Positions 19,422 to 29,114 of a DNA stretch of 64,000 bases are shown piece after piece. The notes beneath the pieces are model-generated. The model had not been told where the DNA came from. It was given only the letters and a program-made list of their open reading frames with translations, and made no database searches. The stretch is from Bacillota bacterium (GTDB lineage: Bacteria; Bacillota; Sulfobacillia; JAJZYS01; JAJZLH01). Location of the stretch: NCBI GenBank assembly GCA_021827745.1, contig JAKAUI010000045.1, forward strand, positions 33,563 to 97,562, in the 5' to 3' direction. How positions within the stretch are numbered: position 1 is the first letter of the stretch; the number at the start of each line of letters is the position of its first letter. The position numbers and the translations under genes were made by a program.

Positions 19422-20340
19422 GGCGCAGCGCTAGCGCCAACTGCTCTCCCAGCGCCTGCGCCGCGTCGAGATCGCCCTCTGCCGAGGCCGATCCCACGTG
19501 ACCGCCCTCGAGCAGGCTGCCCCGGATCTGCAGCCGCCTCCCCTGGACCGTGGCCCACACGCCGAGCGGCAGGTTGCAGCCGCCGCCGAGCGCCTGCAGG
19601 CAGGCCCGCTCGGCCTCGACCGCCCGGTGGGTCGGCCGATGGTCGATCCTGCGCACCGCCTGGGCCAGCGGGTGGTCCGCTCGACCCTGGACGGCGATCG
19701 CCCCTTGGCCGGCGGCGGGCAGGAGGGGCTCTGGCCCGAGCCTCTGCCACGCTCTGGCCACACCCAGTCGCACCAGCCCAGCCTCGGCCAAGACCAGGGC
19801 GTCCACCTGCTTGGCATCGAGTTTGGCCAGCCGGGTGTCGATGTTGCCGCGGATCTCAACCAGCTCAAGATCAGGTCTGGCCAGGGCCAGAAATCCGGCC
19901 CGGCGCGGCGACGAGGTGCCGACGCGGCTTCCTCTCGGCAACTCCTCGAGTGTGTGTCCCTCTCGAGTGACCAGCACATCCCATGGTGCGCTGCGCTCCA
20001 ATACGGCCAGAATCGCCAGATCGGAGGGCTCGGTCGGCAGATCCTTCAGGCTGTGCACCGCCGCATCCGCCTGGTTGTGGCTGACCGCCGCCTCAAGTGC
20101 CGAGGTGAAGAGCCCGACCTCATCACCTACGCTCAGCGGCAAAGAGCCGTCGTCGCCGGTGGTGGTGAGCAGGACCTCAAGCAGGTCGATGTCCGGCACG
20201 GAGGCCTTGAGTGCCGATTCGACCTGGCGCAGCTGGACCAGAGCCAGAACCGAGCGGCGAGAGGCCAGGCGCAGGATCGGGTGCGGCCCAGCGGACGGGG
20301 TCCGCTGGTAGGCCAGCGGGGCGCCGCCGATGATTCCCAT
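19402..20340 (-). CDS. hemC: Hydroxymethylbilane synthase (porphobilinogen deaminase)
   Basis: HemC motifs (RLASRRSVLALVQ, dipyrromethane Cys region). The track ORF is over-extended. An ATG at 20340 overlaps the hemA TGA (ATGA). Confidence 0.85.
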   Translation of the reverse strand: MGIIGGAPLAYQRTPSAGPHPILRLASRRSVLALVQLRQVESALKASVPDIDLLEVLLTTTGDDGSLPLSVGDEVGLFTSALEAAVSHNQADAAVHSLKDLPTEPSDLAILAVLERSAPWDVLVTREGHTLEELPRGSRVGTSSPRRAGFLALARPDLELVEIRGNIDTRLAKLDAKQVDALVLAEAGLVRLGVARAWQRLGPEPLLPAAGQGAIAVQGRADHPLAQAVRRIDHRPTHRAVEAERACLQALGGGCNLPLGVWATVQGRRLQIRGSLLEGGHVGSASAEGDLDAAQALGEQLALALRRALGSS

Positions 20341-21626
20341 CAGGCGGAAGGAGCCGTCTTTGACCTTGTATCTTCGCCAACGTCGAACAGCTCGGCCGCG
20401 AGGCCCAGGGTCTGATCGGCGTCCGGCCGAGCGGCCAGCATGCGCAGCCGGCGCATCGGAGCGTCCAGGATCTTGCGGTTGATCTGCGAGGTGGCGGCGG
20501 CGATCGCCTGCTGCTGGGCAGGAGTGAGCTCCGGCAGTCGCCGCCACAGCTTGTCCAACTCCTGGGCAGAGATGGCTTCGGCCTGCTGGTTGAGCGCCAC
20601 GATCAAGGGCACGGCCAGGCGACCCTGCTGGTCGGCGAGGTAGCTCTGCACCGCCTGGTCGACCAGCCGGCTGGCGGCGCGGGCGGCCTGACGCCGGCCG
20701 TCGACGTTCTTTGCAACCACCTGGCGCAGATGATCGATGTGGAACAGCTCTACACCGGGCACCGATGCGGCGTCGGCAGCGATGTCGCGGGGCACGGCCA
20801 GATCGAAGATGAACAGGCGACGACCGTCTCTCTTCGCCATCATCCGCTCCACGTCGTCGCGATCGAGAACGGCGTGGGGAGCACCGGTCGAGCCGATCAC
20901 CATGTCCACCCGGGCCAGGTCGACGGCGGCCTGGGTGAAGGGGATGGCCTCAGCGCCGAGACGACTGGCCAGGGACTCGGCCTTGGCAAAGGTGCGGTTG
21001 GCGATCAGGACCTGGCCGATGCCCGCCTCCTTCAGATGCACCAGGCAGAGTTCGGCCAGCTCGCCGGCCCCCAGCAGCAGGACGCCGCGGCCGGTCAGGG
21101 GTCCGAGCACCTCTCGGGCGAGCGCCACCGCGGCATAGGCGACCGAAACGGCCGCCTGGCCCACCGCCGTCTCGCTGTGCACCCGCTTCGCCACCCGCAG
21201 CGCCTGCTGGAAGAGCGGCGCCAGGATCTCCCCACTGGTCCCGGCGGCTACGGCCGCCTGATAGGCGTCTTTGACCTGGGCGATGATCTGGGTCTCGCCG
21301 ACGACCAGCGCCTCGAGCCCGCTGGCCACCCGGAACAGGTGGCGCACCGCCGCCTCGTCCCGATAGAGGCGCAGGCAGCTGTCGAGCTCCGTTGCCTCGA
21401 GTCCAGAATGCCTGGCCAAGACGGCCGGCACCTGGGCCAGACGCTCCTCGCTGGCGCCGGCCAGCCAGACCTCTGTGCGATTGCAGGTGGACAAGACGGC
21501 GCACTCGTCTGCCAGCGAGCCAAGCTCCTCCAGCGCCTCAGGCAGCTGTTCCGCCGTGATCGCCAGCCGCTCCCTAAGGGCCAGGGGCGCGCTGGTGTGA
21601 TCGCAGCCAATGCTCACCAGATCCAC
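20340..21626 (-). CDS. hemA: Glutamyl-tRNA reductase
   Basis: 428 aa with the HemA N-terminal catalytic region (LSTCNRTEVW) and an NADP-binding domain (GAGELAE). Confidence 0.9.
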   Translation of the reverse strand: MDLVSIGCDHTSAPLALRERLAITAEQLPEALEELGSLADECAVLSTCNRTEVWLAGASEERLAQVPAVLARHSGLEATELDSCLRLYRDEAAVRHLFRVASGLEALVVGETQIIAQVKDAYQAAVAAGTSGEILAPLFQQALRVAKRVHSETAVGQAAVSVAYAAVALAREVLGPLTGRGVLLLGAGELAELCLVHLKEAGIGQVLIANRTFAKAESLASRLGAEAIPFTQAAVDLARVDMVIGSTGAPHAVLDRDDVERMMAKRDGRRLFIFDLAVPRDIAADAASVPGVELFHIDHLRQVVAKNVDGRRQAARAASRLVDQAVQSYLADQQGRLAVPLIVALNQQAEAISAQELDKLWRRLPELTPAQQQAIAAATSQINRKILDAPMRRLRMLAARPDADQTLGLAAELFDVGEDTRSKTAPSA

Positions 21627-21627
21627 G

Positions 21628-22350
21628 TCAGTCGTCTCCTTGCTCCGGTACCTGGCCGCTGTGAATCGCCACGGCGCCGAACCCCATCGGCCAGGACTGG
21701 ACGTTCACCAGTCCCGCCTCTTCGAACAAGGCACTGAGGGTGGCGCGGTCTGGGAATAGGGCCAGGGACCTGGGCAGCCATTCGTAGGCTGCCTTGTTGC
21801 GCCCGGCGAGCGCCCCCAGCCAGGGCACCAGGTGATCAAAATAGAGGTGGAAGCAAGACGCCCACAGCCAGTGTTCAGGATGACTCATCTCGAGGGAGAG
21901 CACCAGTCCCCCGGGCCGAACCACCCGCCGCATCTCGGAGAGCGCCTGGACCAAATTCTGCATGTTGCGCAGGCCAAACCCGACCAGCGCCCGATCGAAG
22001 CTCTGATCGGGAAACGGCAGGGCCAGGGCGTTTCCGGTCTGCAGGCGGATCGGCAGCGCCTCGCCCAGCCGGCTGATCTTTTGAACACCCAGGGCCAGCA
22101 TCCGGGCGGACAGGTCGCACCCGGTCACTTCTCCGCCGGGCACCACCCGCCTGGCCGCCAATACCGCAAGGTCGGCCGTACCGGTCGCGACGTCGAGCAC
22201 CTTCTGGCCAGGAGCAAGCGTGGCCCGCCGCATCAGGGCCCGCTGCCACAGCCCATAGGCGCCGAGCGTCATCACGCGGTTCATCGGGTCATAGACCGGC
22301 GCGATCCGGTCGAACAACGAGGTGACGTCTTTTTCCTTGAGTCGCTCCAC
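21628..22350 (-). CDS. ubiE: Demethylmenaquinone / ubiquinone methyltransferase UbiE/MenG
   Basis: 240 aa SAM-dependent methyltransferase (VLDVATGTAD) with the UbiE-family N-terminus (FDRIAPVYDPMN). Confidence 0.85.
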   Translation of the reverse strand: MERLKEKDVTSLFDRIAPVYDPMNRVMTLGAYGLWQRALMRRATLAPGQKVLDVATGTADLAVLAARRVVPGGEVTGCDLSARMLALGVQKISRLGEALPIRLQTGNALALPFPDQSFDRALVGFGLRNMQNLVQALSEMRRVVRPGGLVLSLEMSHPEHWLWASCFHLYFDHLVPWLGALAGRNKAAYEWLPRSLALFPDRATLSALFEEAGLVNVQSWPMGFGAVAIHSGQVPEQGDD

Positions 22351-22400
22351 GGCCTTGCCCCCCTGCCCAGTATACAGCCGCGAGCTCGCCCGCCGGGCGC

Positions 22401-23378
22401 TTAGAAGCCTCTTGAGCTAGAGTGGGTGAGGCCGCTCTTGACGCCGGGGAAGGCGTGCTCGGTGGCAGACCTGATGGCGATGGCGATCTCGGCGAATCCG
22501 ATGGCGATCAGGTTCTGCTTGCCGGGGTAGGTCACGACGTCGCCGGCGGCAAACACGCCGGGTTGGTTGGTGCGCATCTCGCGGTCGACTTCCACCTTGC
22601 CCCCGCTCAGGGTGAGCCCCCAGGCCTTCAGCGGGCCGAGGTCGGCGTTGAAGCCGATGCAGACCAGAAGCTGGTCACAGGGCAGGCGACGCTCCTCGCT
22701 GCCGTCCAGCGCCCTGACCGTGACGCTCTCCAGGCGGTCCGCGCCGTCGAGGGCGCACACCTCCCAGGGCATCAGCACCTCGGTTCCGGAGTCGAGAAGC
22801 CGCTTCACAGACGCAGGGTGTGCCTGGAAGCGCTCGAGACGATGGACGAGCGTGACCTGGCTGCGCTCAGAGAACGTGTTCACCCAGTCGACTGCCGAGT
22901 CGCCGCCGCCGACGACCACCAGGCGCTGTTTGGCCAGGGCCTGAAGCGACTTCACAAAGTAGGCCACGCCCCGCCCTTCAAACCGCTCTTCGCCGGCCAC
23001 GCCCAGGGTCTTCGGCCGAAAGGCGCCGAGACCGGTCGCCACCACCACGGCCTTGGCCCGATGCTGGCCCTGGGTGGTGCCGATCTCCCAGCAGCCCTCG
23101 TCGGCCGTGAGCGACAGCACCTTTTCGCCGACCCGGACCCGACTGTGGTCGTCAACGCTCTGCGCCACGAGCTGCTCCACCAGCTCTCGGGCCAGCACCC
23201 TGGGAAAGCCGGCGACATCGAAGATGTCTTTTTCCGGATACATCGCCATCAGCTGGCCGCCCAGTTCCGGCAGGCTGTCGAACAGCCGGGCGTCCACCTG
23301 GCGCAGGTGGCTGTGGTAGAGTCCCCAGATGCCGATCGGGCCACCGCCGACGATGGCGATGTCACAGTCCGACCCCAT
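22401..23378 (-). CDS. Ferredoxin--NADP reductase (thioredoxin-reductase-like, YumC type)
   Basis: 325 aa with two FAD/NAD(P) GxGxxG motifs (IVGGGPIG, VVGGGDSAVD), TrxR-like but lacking the redox CxxC. Confidence 0.8.
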   Translation of the reverse strand: MGSDCDIAIVGGGPIGIWGLYHSHLRQVDARLFDSLPELGGQLMAMYPEKDIFDVAGFPRVLARELVEQLVAQSVDDHSRVRVGEKVLSLTADEGCWEIGTTQGQHRAKAVVVATGLGAFRPKTLGVAGEERFEGRGVAYFVKSLQALAKQRLVVVGGGDSAVDWVNTFSERSQVTLVHRLERFQAHPASVKRLLDSGTEVLMPWEVCALDGADRLESVTVRALDGSEERRLPCDQLLVCIGFNADLGPLKAWGLTLSGGKVEVDREMRTNQPGVFAAGDVVTYPGKQNLIAIGFAEIAIAIRSATEHAFPGVKSGLTHSSSRGF

Positions 23379-23441
23379 CTCACACCTCCTTGCGCTGGCG
23401 CCTGCGATCGGCGCCCTTGGCTCAGAGGGTTCGAGGTCAGA

Positions 23442-25235
23442 TCAGGCCATTCCCTGCTCCCCCTGGGCCTCAGGTCGCTCAGATGCCGTCTTGAGGCCAG
23501 CCGCGGCGGTCGCCACCATCGGCAGGCTATCCCCTTGACCCTCCTCTTGCCAGACGAAGTGGCCGCCGCGCATCAGGGAGGCCAAGGCCGCCACCACCGA
23601 CATGACGGCTGAGATGTCAAAGACGACATGCACGCTGGCACTGAACGGCCCGGCCATCAGGCTGGCAAAGAACCGGGTGCCGAGCAGATGGGTGACCGCC
23701 GCCTTGGGCAGGGCGTTCAGGATGGCGGCTGGGAGCAGATGGGCCAAGGGGTTGTAGCCGAGCAGGGCCGAGAACAGTGCCACCACCGGCGGCATGTGGG
23801 AGAGCGGTCCGGCCACTGCCGGCGAAAGCCCGACCTGGGTGAGGCCGGTGAGCAGCGAGCCGGGAAGACGAGAGGACAGGCCGGAGATGACCATGGTGAA
23901 GAAGAGGGCGAGACTCATCATCATGGCGCCGTTCTGGAAGGTGGCGCGCATCCCGGAGGCGACACCGCGGTAGGCGGCTGGCACCGCGTTCATGATCGAC
24001 GCCGTGTTCGGCGCTGCGAACAGCCCCATGCCGACGCCCAGGATGCCGAGGTAGAGGGCGAAGGGGCCGAAGGCGAAGTCGGCTGGCAAGGTCGTCAGCA
24101 GCCAGAAGCCAAAGGCGGAGACCAGCATGCCCGCGGTGGAGAAGATGCGGGCGCCGTAGCGGTCTGACAGGCTGCCGCTGAGCGGACCCGCCACCATGAA
24201 CCCGACCATCATGGGCAGGGTGTCGATGCCCGCTTGCAAGGGCGTCTGCGAGAAGGCGACACCGTGCAGGGGCAGCCACACGCCCTGGAGCCAGATGATC
24301 AGCATGAACTGCAGGCCGCCGCGGGCAAGCGCCGCCAAAAACCCGCTCAGGTTTCCGGCGGCGAACGAGCGGATGGCGAACAGGCGGAGCTGGAACATCG
24401 GATAGGCCACCTTTCGCTCCACCACAAGAAAGATCAGCAGGAGGGCTACGCCGAGAGCTCCGCCGATTTCGACCACCGGGCTGCCCCAGCCCATGGCCTG
24501 CTTGCCGTAGGGCAGGAGGGAGTAGGTCAGGGCCACCATCAGCAGGGTGAGTCCGAGGCCAAAGGTGACGTTGCCCCAGGCATCGGCCGGCTGGCGAACC
24601 GTGACGCCGACCTCGCGCAGCTTCAGATAGCTCCAGATGCTGCCGGCAATGCCGATCGGAACGCTGATCAAAAAGACGAGTCTCCAGTCCACGGCGGCCA
24701 ACACGCCGCCCAGCACCAACCCGAGCACGCTGCCGCCGATGGCTGCGATCTGGTTGATGCCAAGGGCCAATCCGCGCTGGTCGGAGGGGAAGGCGTCGGT
24801 CAAGATGGCCGCCGACGTGGCGAACAAGAAGGCCCCGCCCACGCCCTGGATCGCTCGAAAGGCGATCAGCTCCCACTCGCCGGCCAGTCCCAGGCTGGGG
24901 GTCAACGTGGCCAGCAGAGATCCGAGCGTGAACACGATGAAGCCCAGGTTGTAGAAGCGCACCTTGCCATGGTTGTCGGAGATGCGGCCGAAGGTGACCA
25001 GGAGCACGGTCGTCGCCAGGTTGTAGCCCATCAGGATCCAGAGCAGCAGACTGGTCTGCCCCGGAGCGAGCGGATTGACATGCAGGCCGCGGAAGATGAC
25101 GGGCAAGGAGATCATGATGATGGTCGAGTTGATCGTCGCCATCAAGGTCCCGACCGTGGTGTTGGCGAGCGCTACCCACTTGTATTCCAGCCCGCGCCTC
25201 AACTTGGGGGAAATCGTCCTCGCTGTTGCGCTCAC
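23442..25235 (-). CDS. MFS transporter, DHA2 (EmrB/QacA) family
   Basis: 597 aa with about 14 TMS and MFS motifs. Its GTG start overlaps the marR stop (GTGA). Confidence 0.8.
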   Translation of the reverse strand: MSATARTISPKLRRGLEYKWVALANTTVGTLMATINSTIIMISLPVIFRGLHVNPLAPGQTSLLLWILMGYNLATTVLLVTFGRISDNHGKVRFYNLGFIVFTLGSLLATLTPSLGLAGEWELIAFRAIQGVGGAFLFATSAAILTDAFPSDQRGLALGINQIAAIGGSVLGLVLGGVLAAVDWRLVFLISVPIGIAGSIWSYLKLREVGVTVRQPADAWGNVTFGLGLTLLMVALTYSLLPYGKQAMGWGSPVVEIGGALGVALLLIFLVVERKVAYPMFQLRLFAIRSFAAGNLSGFLAALARGGLQFMLIIWLQGVWLPLHGVAFSQTPLQAGIDTLPMMVGFMVAGPLSGSLSDRYGARIFSTAGMLVSAFGFWLLTTLPADFAFGPFALYLGILGVGMGLFAAPNTASIMNAVPAAYRGVASGMRATFQNGAMMMSLALFFTMVISGLSSRLPGSLLTGLTQVGLSPAVAGPLSHMPPVVALFSALLGYNPLAHLLPAAILNALPKAAVTHLLGTRFFASLMAGPFSASVHVVFDISAVMSVVAALASLMRGGHFVWQEEGQGDSLPMVATAAAGLKTASERPEAQGEQGMA

Positions 25236-25723
25236 GAGCGGACTTCCACCGCCCTCTTGGCGTCAGGGTGCGCTAGAAGGTCTTCGGGCAGGGCAGAGGT
25301 AAAGGCGGCCAGACCGGCGATCAGGGCTTGCCGCTGCTCAGGCGCCATCGTCGAGGCAGCCTCCTCCAGCACCCGACGCAGGCCACCCTGCCGCAACCCC
25401 AGCCGCACCTTGGCGTCCTTGGTCAGCTCCACCCAGACCCGGCGACGATCCTTGTCACACGACGCGCGCGTGACCCATCCGCCGCCTTCCAATCGATCGA
25501 GCGTTCTGGTCATCGACGCCGGGTGCAGTCCGACTCGCTCCGCCAGGTCACCGGCCACGAGCGGCCCGCCCTCCAGCTGGCGCAAGGTGCGCAGCTGGCT
25601 CAGGGTGATGCCAAAAGACAGCCAGACGTCCAGCTGGAGAGATTCGGCGCGTTCGAGCGCGTTCAGATAGGCAGAGGCCACCCGGCGGACAGATGATGGA
25701 TCTGTGTCTGAGTTTCTTAGCAT
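25232..25723 (-). CDS. MarR-family transcriptional regulator
   Basis: 163 aa with a MarR winged helix (TLSQLRTLRQL ... DRRRVWVELT), sitting upstream of the MFS pump gene. Confidence 0.8.
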   Translation of the reverse strand: MLRNSDTDPSSVRRVASAYLNALERAESLQLDVWLSFGITLSQLRTLRQLEGGPLVAGDLAERVGLHPASMTRTLDRLEGGGWVTRASCDKDRRRVWVELTKDAKVRLGLRQGGLRRVLEEAASTMAPEQRQALIAGLAAFTSALPEDLLAHPDAKRAVEVRS

Positions 25724-25879
25724 AGGGTCAAGTATATCGGCGGCTCAAGATGCTGACAAGCGCACAGTCGTCGGCAACATTGGTCCCCTGTTCCTCTCCA
25801 GGAAGCGGCCGCCTGTCTGCCGGCCGTTTCCGTTCCGTCGGCACGAGGCCCGGGTCTTCATCTGAGCCGGCGCTGGCGG

Positions 25880-26746
25880 TCAGCTCAGGCGGTCTCTGAC
25901 GGCCGGCACCACGTCCCAGGGCATCTCGACCACGCTGGCGCCAGCGGCCTCCAGGGCCTTGCGCTTTGACTCCAGGGTTCCTCGACCACGCTCGATGATG
26001 GCGCCGGCGTGCCCCATCCGCTTGCCGGCCGGTGCCGCCTTGCCGGCCAAGTAGACCACGACCGGCTTGTTCATCTTCTGGATGAAGGGAGCCGCTTCTT
26101 CCTCGGCGCTGCCGCCGATCTCGCCCACCATCACCACCAGCTTGGTCGCCTCGTCCTCTGAGAAGCGATGCAGAATCTCGTTGAAGGTCTGTCCTGCGAC
26201 CGGATCGCCGCCCATGCCCACGGCCGTGGTCTGGCCAAGTCCGGCTCGGGTCAGGGCGTCGGCGATCTCGTAGGACAGGGTTCCGGAGCGGGCGACGAGA
26301 CCGATCGGGCCCGGTGCGAAGATGTGGCCCGGCGGGATGCCCATCTTGGCCTCACCGGCGGTGACCAATCCGAAGGTGTTCGGCCCCAGCACCACGGCGC
26401 CCTGGTAGCGGGCATATTCCAAGATGGCGATCGTGTCCTGGACTGGAACGTGCTCCGGCACCATGACCAGAAGCTTGATCCCTGCGGCCAGCGCCTCGAA
26501 GGCGGCATCTTTGGCAAAAGGAGCCGGCACGAACATGACAGAGGCGCTGGCCCCGGTCTCGTTGACGGCGTCGCTGACCCGGTCGAAGACGGGCACCCCC
26601 TGGTGGATGGTGCCGCCCTTGCCCGGGGAGGTTCCGGCCACGACTCGGCTGCCGTAGGCCGCCATCTGGCCGGCATGGAAGGAGCCCTGGTTGCCGGTGA
26701 TGCCCTGGACTAAGATCGGGGTCGAGCGGTCGATCAAGATGCCCAT
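25880..26746 (-). CDS. sucD: Succinyl-CoA synthetase alpha subunit
   Basis: 288 aa from the internal Met (MGILIDRSTPILVQGITG) with a CoA-binding region and the phosphohistidine segment. The track ORF is over-extended out of frame into sucC. The ATG overlaps the sucC TGA (TGATG). Confidence 0.9.
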   Translation of the reverse strand: MGILIDRSTPILVQGITGNQGSFHAGQMAAYGSRVVAGTSPGKGGTIHQGVPVFDRVSDAVNETGASASVMFVPAPFAKDAAFEALAAGIKLLVMVPEHVPVQDTIAILEYARYQGAVVLGPNTFGLVTAGEAKMGIPPGHIFAPGPIGLVARSGTLSYEIADALTRAGLGQTTAVGMGGDPVAGQTFNEILHRFSEDEATKLVVMVGEIGGSAEEEAAPFIQKMNKPVVVYLAGKAAPAGKRMGHAGAIIERGRGTLESKRKALEAAGASVVEMPWDVVPAVRDRLS

Positions 26747-27858
26747 CACGCGCCTCCTCGGCTCAGCCGGACGGCCTCTTCCGCCGCCTGGTCCATGTCT
26801 CGGTACGCCTGAATGCCCTGTTGCTTCAGGATCTCGATCCCGGCCTCTTCGTTGGTGCCGACCAGCCGCACGACGAGCGGAACGGGGATGCCGCGGCTTT
26901 CCTTCACCTGGGTGATCGCTCGGGCGACGTCGTCGCAGCGCGTGATGCCGCCGAAGATGTTGATCAGGATCACCTTTGGCTTCATCTCGATCAGCACCTC
27001 GATCGCCTGGGCGGTGGGCTCCACGCTGGCGCCGCCTCCGGCGTCCAGAAAGTTGGCTGGCTTGCCGCCGAAGTGCTGGACGGCGTCCAAGGTGGCCATG
27101 GACATGCCGGCGCCGTTGGCCATGATCGCCACATCGCCATCCAGCTCCACATAGGCGAGTCCGATGGCGTGGACCTTCTTTTCCAGGGCGGTGCCCTCTT
27201 CGACCATTGGCAGATCGCCGCGGCGGAAGAGGGCGCTGTCGTCGATGTTCAGTCGAGCGTCGGCAGCGATGATCCGCCCAGCACACCTCACGAGCGGGTT
27301 GATCTCGACCAGCTCGGCGTCGGTGCGGCGAAACACGTCGTACAGCTGGCCGACGATCTTGGCCACCTGCTTGGCCTCATCGCCAACGAGCCCCATCTCC
27401 GCCGCGATCTCGCGACAGAGGTAGGCCGGCAGGCCAAACGACAGATCGACATGGCGGCGAACGAGGTCTCGCTCGGCCACGTCCTCGATCTCGACGCCGC
27501 CTTTGGCCGACGCCATGATCAAGGGCTTTCTGGCGCTGCGGTCGACGGTCACGGAGAGGTAGTACTCCGCCTCGACCTCGAGTTTTTGCTCGACGTAGAC
27601 CTGCTTGACCAGGTGGCCCTTCAGGTCCATGCCCAAGATGGCCTTGGCGACCGTCTCGGCCTCGGCTCGATTCTCAGCGAAGCGGATGCCGCCGGCCTTG
27701 CCCCTGCCGCCGACCAGCACCTGGGCCTTCACAGCGGCGGGACCGATCGCCTCTACTGCGGCCACCACCTCGTCCACCGTGGTGGCGAGCCGTCCCTCCG
27801 GCACCGGAATGTTGGCCTGGCGCAGCGCGCCCTTGGCCAGATACTCGTAAAGCCTCAG
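26746..27858 (-). CDS. sucC: Succinyl-CoA synthetase beta subunit
   Basis: ATP-grasp beta subunit. The conserved N-terminus (LYEYLAKGALRQANIPVPEG) lies upstream of the track's GTG start. The only start-like codon at the homologous Met position is a CTG overlapping the maeA TGA (CTGA). Confidence 0.8.
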   Translation of the reverse strand: MRLYEYLAKGALRQANIPVPEGRLATTVDEVVAAVEAIGPAAVKAQVLVGGRGKAGGIRFAENRAEAETVAKAILGMDLKGHLVKQVYVEQKLEVEAEYYLSVTVDRSARKPLIMASAKGGVEIEDVAERDLVRRHVDLSFGLPAYLCREIAAEMGLVGDEAKQVAKIVGQLYDVFRRTDAELVEINPLVRCAGRIIAADARLNIDDSALFRRGDLPMVEEGTALEKKVHAIGLAYVELDGDVAIMANGAGMSMATLDAVQHFGGKPANFLDAGGGASVEPTAQAIEVLIEMKPKVILINIFGGITRCDDVARAITQVKESRGIPVPLVVRLVGTNEEAGIEILKQQGIQAYRDMDQAAEEAVRLSRGGA

Positions 27859-29114
27859 TTCGGTGTCCCTCCTTCTTCCTCTGCCCCAGTCAGTGCGGCG
27901 AGGCGATGTCCGATCTCCTTGGGGTCGAGATCGGTCACCTGGGCCAGCCCCTCGTCGATGGCGGCGCGGGCCACCGCCTCGGCCACCGCCGGCGCCACCT
28001 TGGGATCGAGCGGCGACGGGATGATGTAGTCCGGGCGCAGCTCGTCCCCGACCAGTTCCGAAATGGCCAAGGACGCCGCCCGGTGCATACCGGCGCTGAT
28101 CTGACGGGCCCGCACGTCCAGGGTGCCGCGAAAGACGCCGGGAAAGCCGAGCACGTTGTTGATCTGGTTGGGGAAGTCCGATCGGCCGGTGCCGACCACG
28201 GCGGCGCCGACCTCCAGCGCCTGGACCGGCCAGATCTCCGGCACCGGATTGGCCAGTGCGAAGACGATGGAACCTGGGCGCATGGCCGAGAGCATGTCCA
28301 TGGTGAAGGCGCCGGCGACAGACAGTCCGATCAGCACGTCCGCGCCGCGCACGGCCTCGGCGAGCTCGCCCTGGCGACGGTCCAAGTTGGTGTGCTGTGC
28401 GATCGACTCCTTCTCCTCGTTCAGCTCTGGCCGCCCGCGATAGATGAGGCCGCGGCGGTCGACCAGGGAGAGGTCGTTGACGCCGAGGGCGAGCAGCATG
28501 CGGGCCACGGCGATGCCGGCCGCTCCGGCGCCGTTGATCACGATCCGGACGTCTCCGACCGTCTTGTTGGCCACCCGGACGGCGTTGATGAAGGCGGCGC
28601 CGACCACGATGGCGGTGCCGTGCTGGTCGTCGTTGAAGACGGGGACGGCGAGCGACGCCTGCAGGCGGCGCTCCACGGCGAAGCAGCGCGGGGCGGCAAT
28701 GTCCTCGATGTTGACGCCGCCGAATCCCGGCTCGATCAGCTCCATCACCCGGCAGATGTCGTCGGGATCCTGGCTTCTGACCAGAATCGGAAAGGCATCC
28801 ACGCCGCCGAAGCGCTTGAACAGGACGGCCTTTCCTTCCATCACGGGAAGAGAGGCCTCCGGGCCGATATCGCCCAACCCCAGCACCGCCGACCCGTCGG
28901 TCAGGATGGCGACCTGATTGGCACGGTTCGTGTAGGTGAAGACCTGCTCAGGATGGGCATGAATTTCGCGGCAGGGCTCGGCCACTCCTGGCGTGTAGGA
29001 CAGGGACAGGCCGTCCATGTCGTCCACCGGCATCTTGGCGGCAATCTCGATCTTGCCCCTGTGCTCGCTGTGATAGCGCAGGGCCCGATCGCGGCTCAGC
29101 CAGCGCCGGCTCAG
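27855..29114 (-). CDS. maeA: NAD(P)-dependent malic enzyme
   Basis: ME domains (LSLSYTPGVA, NAD-binding GAGAAG). The conserved N-terminus (ALRYHSEHRGKIEIAAK) lies upstream of the track's ATG. No ATG/GTG/TTG is in frame, and a CTG at 29114 overlaps the mdh TGA. Confidence 0.8.
   Translation of the reverse strand: MSRRWLSRDRALRYHSEHRGKIEIAAKMPVDDMDGLSLSYTPGVAEPCREIHAHPEQVFTYTNRANQVAILTDGSAVLGLGDIGPEASLPVMEGKAVLFKRFGGVDAFPILVRSQDPDDICRVMELIEPGFGGVNIEDIAAPRCFAVERRLQASLAVPVFNDDQHGTAIVVGAAFINAVRVANKTVGDVRIVINGAGAAGIAVARMLLALGVNDLSLVDRRGLIYRGRPELNEEKESIAQHTNLDRRQGELAEAVRGADVLIGLSVAGAFTMDMLSAMRPGSIVFALANPVPEIWPVQALEVGAAVVGTGRSDFPNQINNVLGFPGVFRGTLDVRARQISAGMHRAASLAISELVGDELRPDYIIPSPLDPKVAPAVAEAVARAAIDEGLAQVTDLDPKEIGHRLAALTGAEEEGGTPN

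Noticed and set aside
25724-25879. Possible marR promoter/operator (TTGTCA-N17-TATACT ending 7 nt before the marR ATG, implying a leaderless mRNA) and a CGGCCG palindrome after sucD.
   Set aside because: The hexamers are plausible but unsupported by any second line of evidence. The palindrome lacks a U-tract. Left as unannotated intergenic sequence.
25880-27286. 468-aa track ORF suggesting an N-terminally extended SucD.
   Set aside because: The first 180 codons are an out-of-frame read through the 3' end of sucC, Arg/Gly-rich with no homology. SucD homology starts exactly at the internal ATG overlapping the sucC stop.
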